64,000 nt of DNA. Origin: Actinomycetes bacterium (GTDB lineage: Bacteria; Actinomycetota; Thermoleophilia; BMS3ABIN01). Where the stretch lies: positions 16,602 through 80,601 of the forward strand of contig JAJYIM010000003.1 in NCBI GenBank assembly GCA_021790115.1, written 5' to 3'. The notes below the pieces were generated by a model. It searched no databases. It was given only the letters and a program-made list of their open reading frames with translations, and had not been told where the DNA came from. The position numbers were made by a program, and so were the translations under genes. Shown piece by piece: positions 38,324 through 48,321 of the stretch; position 1 is the first letter of the stretch, and each line of letters opens with the position of its first letter.

Positions 38324-39745
38324 ATGCTGGACAAAATACAGAACTCCATACCAGGTATAAGCACCAAAGTGGCTTTGTCACGCGGCATAGTTGCTCTCAG
38401 CGGCCGGATTGGCCATGGCGGCACAACGCTTCCCGGGCGCGTCGTCCGCGTTCTGGACGGCGATATTGCCCCGCGCCTGGGACGCAAGCTGGATCAGGGA
38501 TGCGTACTCGTTTCAGCAACCAATGGTAAAACTACAACCAGCGCCATGATTGCCGCGATTTTAAAAGAAAGCGGTCTGGTTGTAGCTAGGAACCGGGAGG
38601 GAGCCAATCTGGCGGCAGGGGTGGCCACAGCACTGCTGAAGAACGCCTCTTTGGCGGGCAGGCCCACTGCCGATATCGGCCTATTTGAAGTTGACGAGGC
38701 CGTATTTCCCGCGATAGCCGGGCAGCTTGATCCCCGGGCAGTGTTGCTTATGAACCTGTTCAGGGACCAGCTCGACCGCTATGGAGAGCTTGAGCATATT
38801 GCAGACATGTGGCGGGATGCAGTAAAGAAACTGGATCAGCGCCGGACAATCGCGATCGTCAACGCTGATGATCCCCTGGTGGCGGAAATGTCGAAGCTGA
38901 AGCGGGACGCCTTCCTTTGTTTCGGTATTGAGGACTCAACCGCCGGCGGCCTTGTCATGCAGCATGCATCCGACTCAAAGTACTGCACTGTTTGCGGAAC
39001 GCCGTTCAAATATGAAGTCCTTTTCATGGGGCATCTGGGCAAATACCACTGTCCAAATTGCGGCAACCGGCGCCCCTCCCCAACCATTTTTGCCGAAAAC
39101 GTGCATTTGGACGGCATGCGCGGCTCCTCTTTTGACCTGGTTACGCCAGATTGGCGCCAGGCTGTCGCTGTTGCCCTGCCCGGCCTTTACAACGTCTATA
39201 ACGCTCTGGGCGCAGCTGCCTGCTGTTTTGGCCTGAAGGTGGCTCCAGACCAAATCAAAAACGGCCTGAAGTCTTTTGGCGCTGCCTTTGGCAGAGTTGA
39301 GCGGCTGATAATTGGCGAAAAGAAAGTCTGCCTGCTTCTTGTAAAAAATCCCGCCGGTTTTAACGAGGTCGTGCGCACCCTCCTGATCGAGCCGGGCCAA
39401 AAAAACCTGCTGCTGGCATTAAATGACAAGATTGCCGACGGACGCGACATCTCATGGATCTGGGACGTTGACCTGGAGGCGCTGGCCGGCGAGGTGCTGA
39501 GTGCCACCTGCAGCGGCACCAGGGCCGCCGAAATGGCGATGCGGCTAAAATACGCCGGCCTGAACGCAAAAACGCTTAAGGTCAGGCCAGATCTTAAAAC
39601 GGCCCTCAGGGTGGCCCTGGCCCATACAAAGGATGATGAAACACTCTACGTGCTGCCTACCTATACAGCCATGCTGGCCCTCAGGCAGACCATCCACAAG
39701 CATTTTCAGACCGAAAATGAAATGGCAGACCTGGTATGGAAGTAA
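38324..39745 (+). CDS. murT: Lipid II isoglutaminyl synthase subunit MurT
   Basis: TNGKTTT, EVDE, NLFRDQLDRYGE, Cys zinc ribbon, KNPAG, DGRDISWIWD, TYTAML. Confidence 0.93.
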   Translation: MLDKIQNSIPGISTKVALSRGIVALSGRIGHGGTTLPGRVVRVLDGDIAPRLGRKLDQGCVLVSATNGKTTTSAMIAAILKESGLVVARNREGANLAAGVATALLKNASLAGRPTADIGLFEVDEAVFPAIAGQLDPRAVLLMNLFRDQLDRYGELEHIADMWRDAVKKLDQRRTIAIVNADDPLVAEMSKLKRDAFLCFGIEDSTAGGLVMQHASDSKYCTVCGTPFKYEVLFMGHLGKYHCPNCGNRRPSPTIFAENVHLDGMRGSSFDLVTPDWRQAVAVALPGLYNVYNALGAAACCFGLKVAPDQIKNGLKSFGAAFGRVERLIIGEKKVCLLLVKNPAGFNEVVRTLLIEPGQKNLLLALNDKIADGRDISWIWDVDLEALAGEVLSATCSGTRAAEMAMRLKYAGLNAKTLKVRPDLKTALRVALAHTKDDETLYVLPTYTAMLALRQTIHKHFQTENEMADLVWK

Positions 39746-39802
39746 ACCGGATGCTGGATGGTGGATGGTGGACAAACCCGAAACCTTAAACCCGAAACCG
39801 AA
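39742..39802 (+). repeat. Heptamer tandem repeat fused to the murT stop
   Basis: gTAAacc ggatgct ggatggt ggatggt ggacaaa cccgaaa ccttaaa cccgaaa. Confidence 0.88.
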
Positions 39803-39836
39803 GTAGCGGATCGCCGGTAAAACCAACAATAAGAGG

Positions 39837-40574
39837 ATGCAAATGGAACTAAGGATTGCCCATCTTTACCCGGAACTGATGAATATTTATGCCGATCGCG
39901 GCAACATCATTACGCTGGTCAGCCGTTGCCGCTGGCGCGGCGTCGACGTGCGCGTCGATAATTTTGGCCCCGGAGAGACACCCGCCTGGCGTGAGTATGA
40001 CTTCTTCTACCTTGGCGGCGGCCAGGACCGCGAGCAGCGCCTGGTGGCGCGCGACCTTGCCTCCAAGGGCGCCGGATTGGCCGATGCCGTTGAGCGCGGC
40101 GCAGCTCTGCTTGCAATTTGCGGCGGTTTCCAACTGCTGGGCCAATACTACCGCACGTCAGCCGGCGAGACCATGGAAGGCGTGGAACTGTTTAAAGCTT
40201 ACACCGTTGCGGGACGAAGGCGGCTGATCGGCAACGTGGTGGTGGAGTCCCGCATGGACGGCAATATCTTTGAGCTGGCCGGGTTCGAGAACCACTCCGG
40301 GAAAACCTATCTGACTGAGGAAGGCCAGCCGCTGGGCCGGGTTGTTGCCGGCTTCGGCAACAATGCCGAAGACAAAACCGAGGGAATAATATACCGGAGC
40401 GCCATCGGCACCTATTTGCACGGGCCCCTGCTTCCCAAGAACCCGGAGCTGGCCGATTTCCTCCTGCAGCGCTCGCTCCGGCGCCGCTACGGGGCCGAAG
40501 CTGTTCTTGCGTCTTTGGAAGACGGCCTGGAGCGCGAGGCTCACTCAGTGGCGATCAAACGGGCCGGGCGCTAA
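39837..40574 (+). CDS. gatD: Glutamine amidotransferase GatD
   Basis: HLYPELMNIYADRGN, GGGQD, ICGGFQ, GFENH, HGPLLPKNP. Confidence 0.93.
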   Translation: MQMELRIAHLYPELMNIYADRGNIITLVSRCRWRGVDVRVDNFGPGETPAWREYDFFYLGGGQDREQRLVARDLASKGAGLADAVERGAALLAICGGFQLLGQYYRTSAGETMEGVELFKAYTVAGRRRLIGNVVVESRMDGNIFELAGFENHSGKTYLTEEGQPLGRVVAGFGNNAEDKTEGIIYRSAIGTYLHGPLLPKNPELADFLLQRSLRRRYGAEAVLASLEDGLEREAHSVAIKRAGR

Positions 40575-40585
40575 AGCGCGGCCTT

Positions 40586-40632
40586 TCCTTGCCCATGATC
40601 TTTTCGCTCGGCCTCGCTGCGAACAGCGATTC
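40586..40632. mobile_element. MITE right-arm remnant
   Basis: 40586-40617 matches 53043-53074 at 31 of 32 nt; ends GATTC-taa. Confidence 0.75.
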
Positions 40633-42359
40633 TAAGAACTCTCTTCCGAAGCGGACTCACATTCCGCCTCGCCCTCAAGGGTTTTGAGCAGGCCGATGAT
40701 TTCCCGGGCCGCCACACCGGCCTCAAATTTGTACTCTTCCCCCCCGCGCCGGAGCTGCACTTCGACAGCGCCGCCGGCAATGGCCCGCTTGCCAACCGTG
40801 ACCCGCACCGGGCATCCCAGCAGCTCGGCCTCGGCGAACTTGACGCCGGGCGAGACGGCGCGGTCATCAAGAAGCACCTCAATTCCTGACGACATCAGCT
40901 CCGAGTATAGCTTCTGCGCCATCGCAGCCTGCCGGCTGTCGGCAGGCTGCACCAGCACAAGATGAGCAGCAAACGGGGCAATTGCGGGCGGCCAGACAAT
41001 CCCCATTTCATCCGCCAGCTGCTCGATGGCGGCGGCGGCCACACGGGCCGGGCCGATGCCGTAACTACCCATGATTACGGGCTTCTCTTTGCCCCGTTCG
41101 TCCAGGTAGCTGGCCCCGAGGGGCTGACTGTATTTAACGCCCAGCTTGAAAATGTTTCCAATCTCGATACAGCGCTCCAGTTTGAGGGAGGCGTTGCAAT
41201 GCGGGCACTTTTCTCCCTGGCGCACGCGCCTGATATCAGCAAACTCGGCCTGAAAGTCCTGTCCGGGCACCACGCCCCCAACGTGGAAGCCGTTCCGGTT
41301 TGCGCCAACGATATAGACGCCCTCCTCCAAGCCTTTGTCGGCAACCTTGCGGATAGCCAGTTTGAGCGGCCCGGTAAATCCGGTCCCGGCGCCCGTGATC
41401 TCTTTAATCTCTGCCGGCTCTGCCAGGCGGTAGCCTCCGATCAGGCGCGCCAGCTTCGATTCCATCAGCTCCTGATCGCCCCGGACCATCGCCAGCACCG
41501 GGCCTGCGTCCGTTATGAGCAGCAATGATTTAATAAGAAGATCAGGCGTAACATTGAGGAATGCAGAGACTTGTTCGATCGTGCGCGCGTTTGGCGTTTC
41601 AATTTCTTTCATCCCCGCCGCCGGAAACTGCGGCTGGGCCGGCTGGGAGCGGGCCAGCTCCATATTGGCTGCGTAGCCGCAGGCCGGGCAAAGCGCCACT
41701 TCATCCTCACCAGCGCTGCTGGGCGCCATGAACTCATGCGCGGTGGCTCCTCCCATCATGCCTGGATCGCTTTCAACCATGTAAAACCTGACGCCCGCGC
41801 GCCCAAAGATGCGCTTGTATGCCTGGATGTGGAGCTGGTAGCTTTTCTCCAGAGCTTCCTCATCGGCGTCAAAGCTGTAGGAGTCTTTCATAATGAACTC
41901 GCGCGTTCTAAGAACGCCGCTCTTGGGCCGGGCTTCATCGCGCAGCTTTGTCTGAATCTGATACCAGACCTGCGGCAGGTCGCGGTAGGAACGGATCTCG
42001 CGGGCGGCCAGCCAGGTGACGATCTCCTCATGGGTCATCCCCAGGACCATGTCGCGTCCCCCCCGGTCCCTGAGCCGGAACATCTCCTCGCCGATCTCAC
42101 TGTAGCGCCCGCTCTCCTGCCAGATCTCCGCCGGCTGCAGCACCGGCATCGACAACTCCTGAGCGCCAATGGCGCTCATCTCCTCACGAATAATTTTGTT
42201 AACCTTGTTAATTACACGCAGTCCCAGAGGCAGATATATGTAAAGACCGGCTGCCAGTTGGCGCACCAGGCCGGCGCGGATCATCAGCTTATGGCTGGCA
42301 GCCTCCGCCTCAGCGGGATTTTCTTTCTGTGTGGGGAAAAACAATTTTGACGCACGCAT
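40632..42359 (-). CDS. proS: Proline--tRNA ligase
   Basis: THEE, RDEARP..R.REFIMKDSYSF, EIGNIFKLG, MGSYGIG. Confidence 0.98.
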   Translation of the reverse strand: MRASKLFFPTQKENPAEAEAASHKLMIRAGLVRQLAAGLYIYLPLGLRVINKVNKIIREEMSAIGAQELSMPVLQPAEIWQESGRYSEIGEEMFRLRDRGGRDMVLGMTHEEIVTWLAAREIRSYRDLPQVWYQIQTKLRDEARPKSGVLRTREFIMKDSYSFDADEEALEKSYQLHIQAYKRIFGRAGVRFYMVESDPGMMGGATAHEFMAPSSAGEDEVALCPACGYAANMELARSQPAQPQFPAAGMKEIETPNARTIEQVSAFLNVTPDLLIKSLLLITDAGPVLAMVRGDQELMESKLARLIGGYRLAEPAEIKEITGAGTGFTGPLKLAIRKVADKGLEEGVYIVGANRNGFHVGGVVPGQDFQAEFADIRRVRQGEKCPHCNASLKLERCIEIGNIFKLGVKYSQPLGASYLDERGKEKPVIMGSYGIGPARVAAAAIEQLADEMGIVWPPAIAPFAAHLVLVQPADSRQAAMAQKLYSELMSSGIEVLLDDRAVSPGVKFAEAELLGCPVRVTVGKRAIAGGAVEVQLRRGGEEYKFEAGVAAREIIGLLKTLEGEAECESASEESS

Positions 42360-42562
42360 CAGCCTGGAACCTCTTCATTTTTTTGAATTGTAGGAATCAT
42401 ACAACAATTTTACTTCTGCGAGCGCCATACCGCGGTTCCCCGGAAGACGGCCAAGGCGGTGTTTCAAGGAACAGCGAAAATTTGCTAGAATAAGAAATTG
42501 TAGCGTAATGGAGCTCGATTTTACCGTGACGCAATCGGTTCCTAGCGCTATCTTTCGCATGA

Positions 42563-42585
42563 GCCGGGGCGCGCCGCGCCCCGGC
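42563..42585. terminator. GC-rich hairpin downstream of ispG
   Basis: GCCGGGGCGC-gcc-GCGCCCCGGC. Confidence 0.5.
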
Positions 42586-42594
42586 CTTATGCTG

Positions 42595-43665
42595 TTAAGG
42601 TCGGGAGGCACGCTGACTTTGCCGCGCTTTTTCGATCTCCTCAAAGAGAGCCTCCACCAGCAGGGCGGCGGGCGCTTTTTTCACCGGCTTCCCGTGTGCG
42701 AAAATGAGGCCCTCTCCCCTGCCGCAGGCGATGCCGAAATCGGCATGGCGGGCCTCGCCGGGTCCATTGACAACGCAGCCCATCACTGCTACTTCAAAAC
42801 TGGAGCCGTACTCTTGCAGCCGTTGTTCAACCTGAAGTGCAATTGCTTCCACGTCAACCTCGCTTCTGCCACATGTAGGACATGCTATTAAATTGGGACC
42901 GCGCTGGCGCAGCCCCAGGCTCTTCAGGATTTCATAAGCGGCCCGGACTTCTTCAACGGGGTCACCCGTCAGCGACACCCTGATCGTGTCCCCCACTCCT
43001 TGAGCCAGGAGCGCCCCGATACCGACGGCGCTTTTGACAACGCCGGCCCTGATGGTGCCCGCCTCCGTTATCCCGAGATGGATCGGGTAGCTGATGCCGG
43101 CCGCCAGAGCCAGGTTGGTGTCAATAGTCTCGCGCACGGATGATGACTTAGCCGACACCTTGAATTCTGTAAATCCGAGATCCTCAAACATATGCACGTA
43201 TTCAAGCGCAGTGTTAACCAGCGCCTGAGACCGGTCCCTTTCCGCCAGCTGGCACATTTCTTTTGGCAGGGAGCCAGAGTTGACGCCGATGCGAATGGGC
43301 GCCGCAGCTTCCTGGGCGGCTTTGATTACTTCCGCCACCTTCGCGCGGCTGCCGATGTTGCCGGGATTAATGCGCACCCCGGCCGCGCCCGCAGCCAGGG
43401 CGCCAACCGCCAGCCGCGCATGAAAGTGAACGTCCGCCACAACCGGCAGTGGCGACTCGGCGATGATTCCCCCCAGTTGGCTCAGGGCGGCTTCATCAGG
43501 CAAGGCCACGCGCACGATCTCGCAGCCGTAAGCCGCCAGGCTGCGGATCTGGCCCAGGGTGGCTTCGGCGTCGCGGCTGTCGGTATTGGTCATTGACTGC
43601 ACCGACACCGGCGCACCACCGCCAACGGCAACATTGCCTACATGGATTTGGATTTTGCTGGCCAT
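42595..43665 (-). CDS. ispG: HMBPP synthase
   Basis: VQSMTNT, RINPGNIG, HLGITEAG, CPTCGR, MGCVVNGPGEA. Confidence 0.98.
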   Translation of the reverse strand: MASKIQIHVGNVAVGGGAPVSVQSMTNTDSRDAEATLGQIRSLAAYGCEIVRVALPDEAALSQLGGIIAESPLPVVADVHFHARLAVGALAAGAAGVRINPGNIGSRAKVAEVIKAAQEAAAPIRIGVNSGSLPKEMCQLAERDRSQALVNTALEYVHMFEDLGFTEFKVSAKSSSVRETIDTNLALAAGISYPIHLGITEAGTIRAGVVKSAVGIGALLAQGVGDTIRVSLTGDPVEEVRAAYEILKSLGLRQRGPNLIACPTCGRSEVDVEAIALQVEQRLQEYGSSFEVAVMGCVVNGPGEARHADFGIACGRGEGLIFAHGKPVKKAPAALLVEALFEEIEKARQSQRASRP

Positions 43666-43726
43666 AATGAGACTAGTTCCGAGTTCCGAAAGATTATAAC
43701 GATTGTTTTCTATTTATCAAGTGAAT

Positions 43727-43822
43727 TTCTGGTTTTAGGTTTTTATCCAGCGTCCATGATCCAGGATCCACCATCCGGGTTTTTGTGTTTATCCACCATC
43801 CACCATCCAATGTCCGGTTTAC
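43727..43822 (-). repeat. Double heptamer repeat tract fused to the rseP stop
   Basis: Minus: gTAAacc ggacatt ggatggt ggatggt ggataaa ... ggatggt ggatcct ggatcat ggacgct ggataaa. Confidence 0.88.
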
Positions 43823-44886
43823 GGATTTAGGCCGAACCCCGGCCCCATCAGCTTCTGGATATCATTCATTAACCCCATGATAAACAGGAGCGCGAACAAG
43901 GCCAGGCCCACAATGGAAACCCTTTCAAAAGTCTCCCTCCGGATTGGCGAGCCCTTCACTTTCTCAATCAAGTTAAAAAGCACGTGCCCTCCATCGAGCG
44001 GCAGCAGCGGCAGCAGGTTGAAGATGGCCAACTGCAGGCTGATAAGGCCAAGGACGCGAATGTAGATTCCCCAGCCCAGGCTGATCGTTTCTGAGGAGAT
44101 GGCAACAATGCCGATCGGCGAGGAAAGCTGCGAGCGGCTTTGCGCGCTGACAAAAAGGTTTTTTATTGCTACAAAAACCTCCTTCGTGATAAAACCAAGG
44201 TCGGAAACCGCATCCTTGCCCGCCTGAAAGATTGGCATTGGCAATGTGCCCACCAGGTCCTGACCAAAACCAATTCCCAATTGCCCCTGGCTGGAATTGT
44301 CCGGATCGCGGCCGACCGTGGCGCTAATTACCATTTGCCGGCCGCCCCGTTCCACCGCCACAGTTACTTTTTGATCTGGGTGCCTCTGGAGGAATGAGCG
44401 CATCGCCTCCGGATCATTGGAGCGGACCCCATTTATCGCCAACACCTTGTCACCAGACTGGATGCCGGCGGCCTGCGCCCCGGAACCGGAGACCACCTGC
44501 GCCACTGTCGTGTTCGGGCGAAAGTCCGGCACTCCCTGATAATAAAAAACAAAAAAAAGCAGCCCCGCGATGAGCACGTTCATCAGCGGCCCGGCGGCAA
44601 TTGTCAGCACTCTTTGCCAGACCGGCTGGGAGAAGTAAGCGCGCCCCTCCTCACCCGCCGGAACCTCTTCCTCCCGGGTCATCCCCATGATTTTTACGTA
44701 TCCTCCCAAGGGGATGAAGCCAACGCCGTATTCTGTCTCTCCGATTTTCTTTTTAACAAGAGCCGGCGGAAAGCCAATGTAGAACTTTTCGGCCTTCATG
44801 CCAAATGACTTGGCTGCGAGGAAATGGCCGGACTCATGAAACAAAATCAGCAGGCCAATGCCGATGATTGAGATAAAAACAAGCAT
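43819..44886 (-). CDS. rseP: RIP metalloprotease RseP (M50 plus PDZ)
   Basis: HESGH, IPLGGYV, AGPLMN, NLLPLLPLDGG; start at ATG 44886. Confidence 0.95.
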   Translation of the reverse strand: MLVFISIIGIGLLILFHESGHFLAAKSFGMKAEKFYIGFPPALVKKKIGETEYGVGFIPLGGYVKIMGMTREEEVPAGEEGRAYFSQPVWQRVLTIAAGPLMNVLIAGLLFFVFYYQGVPDFRPNTTVAQVVSGSGAQAAGIQSGDKVLAINGVRSNDPEAMRSFLQRHPDQKVTVAVERGGRQMVISATVGRDPDNSSQGQLGIGFGQDLVGTLPMPIFQAGKDAVSDLGFITKEVFVAIKNLFVSAQSRSQLSSPIGIVAISSETISLGWGIYIRVLGLISLQLAIFNLLPLLPLDGGHVLFNLIEKVKGSPIRRETFERVSIVGLALFALLFIMGLMNDIQKLMGPGFGLNP

Positions 44887-44896
44887 GACCGCCAGC

Positions 44897-46042
44897 CTAA
44901 CCGATAAGGGCCTCAGCCTGGCGGCGGGCCTCAGCGTCAATCGCCTCAATTTCCTCGAAACTGGCAAGGCGGGTGGGCAAGCCGCCGTCCATGGCGGCAA
45001 GGGCGCCTTCTACCACGGCGGCAATGCCCGGGAATCCGACACGGCCGGTGAGGAAGGAAGCCACAGCTATTTCATTGGCGGCGTTAAGCGCTATGGGAGC
45101 GCCGCCGCCGCGCCTGCCGGCTTCGACAGCCAGTTGCAGGCAGGGAAACGCTTCCAGATCGGGCTTGAAAAAAGTCAGCTCTTTTTGCTTTATCAGATCC
45201 AGCTTTGGCATCTTTACCGGCCGGCGCCGGGGATAACCAAGGGCGTAGGCAATCGGCAGCTTCATCGACGGCAGTCCCAGTTGCGCCAGAACCGAACTGT
45301 CGGCAAACCTGACCAGCGAATGAATCACCGACTGCGGGTGAACGATTACCTCGATGTCATCGTAGCCGACGCCAAACAGATAATGAGCCTCGATTACCTC
45401 CAGGCCCTTGTTCATCAGCGTAGCTGAATCAATCGTGATCTTGTTGCCCATTTGCCAGCGGGGGTGCAAGAGCGCCTGATCGCGCGTGACTGACTCCAGC
45501 TGTTCGCGGCTGAGGCCAAAGAAAGGACCCCCCGACGCGGTCAGCATGATGCGCTCGGGCAGGGGCTGCCCCTCCAAACACTGGAAGATGGCGCTGTGTT
45601 CGCTGTCAACAGGCAGTATGCGGGCGCTGCGCTTGCGGGCCATCTCCATCACAAGTGCGCCGCCGATAACCAGGCTCTCCTTGTTGGCCAGCGCCAAATC
45701 CAGGCCGTGCTCCAGGGCTGCGATCGTCGCTTCCAGGCCGGCCGCGCCAACCACCGCGTTTAACACCAGATCGGCCTCGGTCTCGTCCACCAGACCATGA
45801 ATACAGCCGGGGCCGGCGCAGACAGTCACGCCGGGCAGGGCTTCGGCAACTTTGCCGCCGGTGTTTTCATCCATGATGGCGACGCTTTTTACCGAGAACT
45901 GCCGCGCCTGCTCAATCAGCAGTAGGAAGTTGGCGCCGGCGGCCAGGCCGGCAACTTCCAGCTCCGGGTCCTCGGCAATGACCTCAAGCGCCTGGGTGCC
46001 GATCGATCCTGTTGATCCGAGTATAAGTATGCGTTTTGGCAC
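44897..46042 (-). CDS. dxr: 1-deoxy-D-xylulose-5-phosphate reductoisomerase
   Basis: LGSTGSIG, LANKESL, PVDSEH, KITIDSATLMNKGLE. Confidence 0.98.
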   Translation of the reverse strand: MPKRILILGSTGSIGTQALEVIAEDPELEVAGLAAGANFLLLIEQARQFSVKSVAIMDENTGGKVAEALPGVTVCAGPGCIHGLVDETEADLVLNAVVGAAGLEATIAALEHGLDLALANKESLVIGGALVMEMARKRSARILPVDSEHSAIFQCLEGQPLPERIMLTASGGPFFGLSREQLESVTRDQALLHPRWQMGNKITIDSATLMNKGLEVIEAHYLFGVGYDDIEVIVHPQSVIHSLVRFADSSVLAQLGLPSMKLPIAYALGYPRRRPVKMPKLDLIKQKELTFFKPDLEAFPCLQLAVEAGRRGGGAPIALNAANEIAVASFLTGRVGFPGIAAVVEGALAAMDGGLPTRLASFEEIEAIDAEARRQAEALIG

Positions 46043-46055
46043 AATCTCTGCCCGA

Positions 46056-46130
46056 GTTTAAAGTTCCAAGTTTAGGGTTGGTTAAATCCATCATCCAGGA
46101 TCCAGGATCCACCATCCGGTTTCACGTTTA
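46056..46130 (-). repeat. Heptamer tandem repeat after the cdsA stop
   Basis: Minus: TAA acgtgaaacc ggatggt ggatcct ggatcct ggatgat ggattta. Confidence 0.85.
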
Positions 46131-46916
46131 TCTTCCCACCATGGCGGTCACGATGTAATAAGCCGCCACTGCGGCAAACAGGAGGGAGTCAAAGCGGTCC
46201 AGGATGCCGCCATGCCCCGGAATTATCGTACCCGCATCCTTGACTTGCGAAGCCCGTTTCACGTAAGACTCGAACAGGTCGCCCAACGGCGCGGCAATGG
46301 CAAGGACAAGACCAAGAACAAAAAACTGGCCCGAGGTCATCCATCCCAGCGACTTGCCCGCCACCAGCACCACCAGAATCGTTCCCAGAAAGCCGGCCAA
46401 AGTTCCCTCGACGGTCTTCTTCGGCGAGACCACCGGGGAAACCTGATGCTGGCCGTAAAAATGCCCCACGGCGTAAGCCACGGTGTCGGATGTCCAGGTA
46501 GCAAGCAGGACGACAATAGCCAGGCTGATGCCGTAGGCGGGGTTTCGCAAGAGCAACAGGTGAGCGAAGCCAACACTGACATAAAAAGAACCAAAGAAAG
46601 TGACCGCCATTTCTTCCACCATTTCCGGCCTCAGGCCCCGGATGGCATGAAAGAGAAACGTTACGCCAAAAAGCAGCACAGCGCCACGCAGTGCGCCTTC
46701 AAGCTGGCCGGTATAAGCACCCAGCAAGATAAAGACTGCGCCCAGATAGCCGGCCAGACGGACCGGCTTGTATTTCCTCGTCATCCGGTAAAATTCATGC
46801 AGCCCCAGCAAAGTCAGCAATATCAGGGAAACCAGCAGGGCAATGCCGCCGGTGTAAATGACTATGATTGCCAGGGGAACGCCCAGGATGCCAATTAAGG
46901 CCCTCGTGATCAGCAT
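46128..46916 (-). CDS. cdsA: Phosphatidate cytidylyltransferase
   Basis: SPKKTVEG, GDLFES..KR..KD.G..IPGHGGILDRFDS. Confidence 0.97.
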   Translation of the reverse strand: MLITRALIGILGVPLAIIVIYTGGIALLVSLILLTLLGLHEFYRMTRKYKPVRLAGYLGAVFILLGAYTGQLEGALRGAVLLFGVTFLFHAIRGLRPEMVEEMAVTFFGSFYVSVGFAHLLLLRNPAYGISLAIVVLLATWTSDTVAYAVGHFYGQHQVSPVVSPKKTVEGTLAGFLGTILVVLVAGKSLGWMTSGQFFVLGLVLAIAAPLGDLFESYVKRASQVKDAGTIIPGHGGILDRFDSLLFAAVAAYYIVTAMVGR

Positions 46917-46922
46917 GGCCGC

Positions 46923-47666
46923 CTACCGGGCTCCAAAACGGCGGCTGCGAAAATTGAATTCATCGAAGGCGGCAGCCAGATCATCCAGCCCAAAGTCGGG
47001 CCACAATTTGTCGGAAAAGTAAAGCTCGCTATAGGCGCATTGCCACAGGAGAAAATTGCTTATTCTTTGCTCGCCGCTGGTGCGGATCAGCAACTCGGGG
47101 TCGTGCATCTCTGGCGCATACAGAAACTTTGCAAATTCCGGCTCGCCGCCGGTAAAGCCGTAGGCGGCGGCCGTCCGCGCCGCATCCGCGATCTCGGCCC
47201 GGCCTCCATAATTGAACGCCACGTACAAGCTCATGGCACAGTTGGCGCCGGTGAGGCTCTCCGCCCAGTCGATCTGGCCGCGGACGCCCGCCGGCAGTTC
47301 GGCGCGCCGGCCGATAAACCTGACCCGCACCTGCTGCTCGTGAAGCTCAGGCACTTCCTTTTTTATCAGCTCACTGAACATTTCCATTAGCGCATCAACC
47401 TCTGTTTTTGGCCGCCGCCAGTTTTCGGTTGAAAAAGCATAGACGCTCAGCTCGCGGACGCCAGCCTTGCGAGCAGCGCGTATCGTGCGCTTTAGCGCCT
47501 TGGCGCCTTCCCGATGCCCGGCGATGGCCGGCAGCTGCCTGCGCTCCGCCCAGCGGCCATTGCCATCCATAATCACGGCCACATAACGCGGCCCGCCGGT
47601 CAATAAAAAATCTTCGCGTCTGGATTTCCGCCGGCGAAGATTCTTGAGGAGGTAAAACCAGCTCAT
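46923..47666 (-). CDS. uppS: Polyprenyl (undecaprenyl) diphosphate synthase
   Basis: IMDGNGRWA, FSTENW, IRTSGEQRISNFLLWQ. Confidence 0.97.
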   Translation of the reverse strand: MSWFYLLKNLRRRKSRREDFLLTGGPRYVAVIMDGNGRWAERRQLPAIAGHREGAKALKRTIRAARKAGVRELSVYAFSTENWRRPKTEVDALMEMFSELIKKEVPELHEQQVRVRFIGRRAELPAGVRGQIDWAESLTGANCAMSLYVAFNYGGRAEIADAARTAAAYGFTGGEPEFAKFLYAPEMHDPELLIRTSGEQRISNFLLWQCAYSELYFSDKLWPDFGLDDLAAAFDEFNFRSRRFGAR

Positions 47667-47667
47667 C

Positions 47668-48234
47668 TTACACCTCCAGGATCTCCGCCTCCTTGTGTTT
47701 GAGCAGGTCGTCGATCTGCTTCACGTGCTCGTCCGTGACTTTCTGCAACTCATCTTCCGCCCAGTGAAGCTCGTCCTCGGAAATCTCTCCTTCTTTTTGC
47801 AACTTCTTGATCTCATGAATGACGTCGCGGCGGATATTCCTGACGGCAATACGCCCGTTTTCCGCCAGGCCTTTAACAACTTTTACCAGCTCGCGGCGGC
47901 GCTCCTCAGTCAGCTCCGGGATTGACAGGCGGACTACATTTCCATCATTGTTTGGGTTGAGCCCCAGCTCTGACTCCATAATTGCATGCTCGATCTCCTT
48001 GATGACAGCCTTGTCATAAGGGGTGATAACCAGCAGCCGTGCTTCCGGGGAGCTAATGTTGGCCAATTGCTTCAGCGGCGTCCTGGCTCCGTAATAATCT
48101 ACAGTGATGCGGTCCAGCAAGGTGGTGGAGGCCCGGCCGGTGCGAATGGAATTAAACTCGTTCTGGCAGGCGGCGACGGTCTTATTCATCCGCTCCCCCC
48201 CGTCATTCAGGAATTCCTCCACCATTTCATTCAT
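47668..48234 (-). CDS. frr: Ribosome recycling factor
   Basis: IRTGRA, PELTEERR, VRNIRR. Confidence 0.98.
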   Translation of the reverse strand: MNEMVEEFLNDGGERMNKTVAACQNEFNSIRTGRASTTLLDRITVDYYGARTPLKQLANISSPEARLLVITPYDKAVIKEIEHAIMESELGLNPNNDGNVVRLSIPELTEERRRELVKVVKGLAENGRIAVRNIRRDVIHEIKKLQKEGEISEDELHWAEDELQKVTDEHVKQIDDLLKHKEAEILEV

Positions 48235-48273
48235 GCAACCCTGCCCTTTATTAATTGCAACCAGGATTAATTA

Positions 48274-48321
48274 TAATCCAATATCCAATATCCAACGTCC
48301 AACAGCCAAAGTCCGGTTTAC
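48274..48321 (-). repeat. Heptamer tandem repeat fused to the pyrH stop
   Basis: Minus: gTAAacc ggacttt ggctgtt ggacgtt ggatatt ggatatt ggattat. Confidence 0.85.

Noticed and set aside
43727..43822. Heptamer tracts or MITE copies as CRISPR arrays
   Set aside because: No repeat-spacer periodicity and no cas genes
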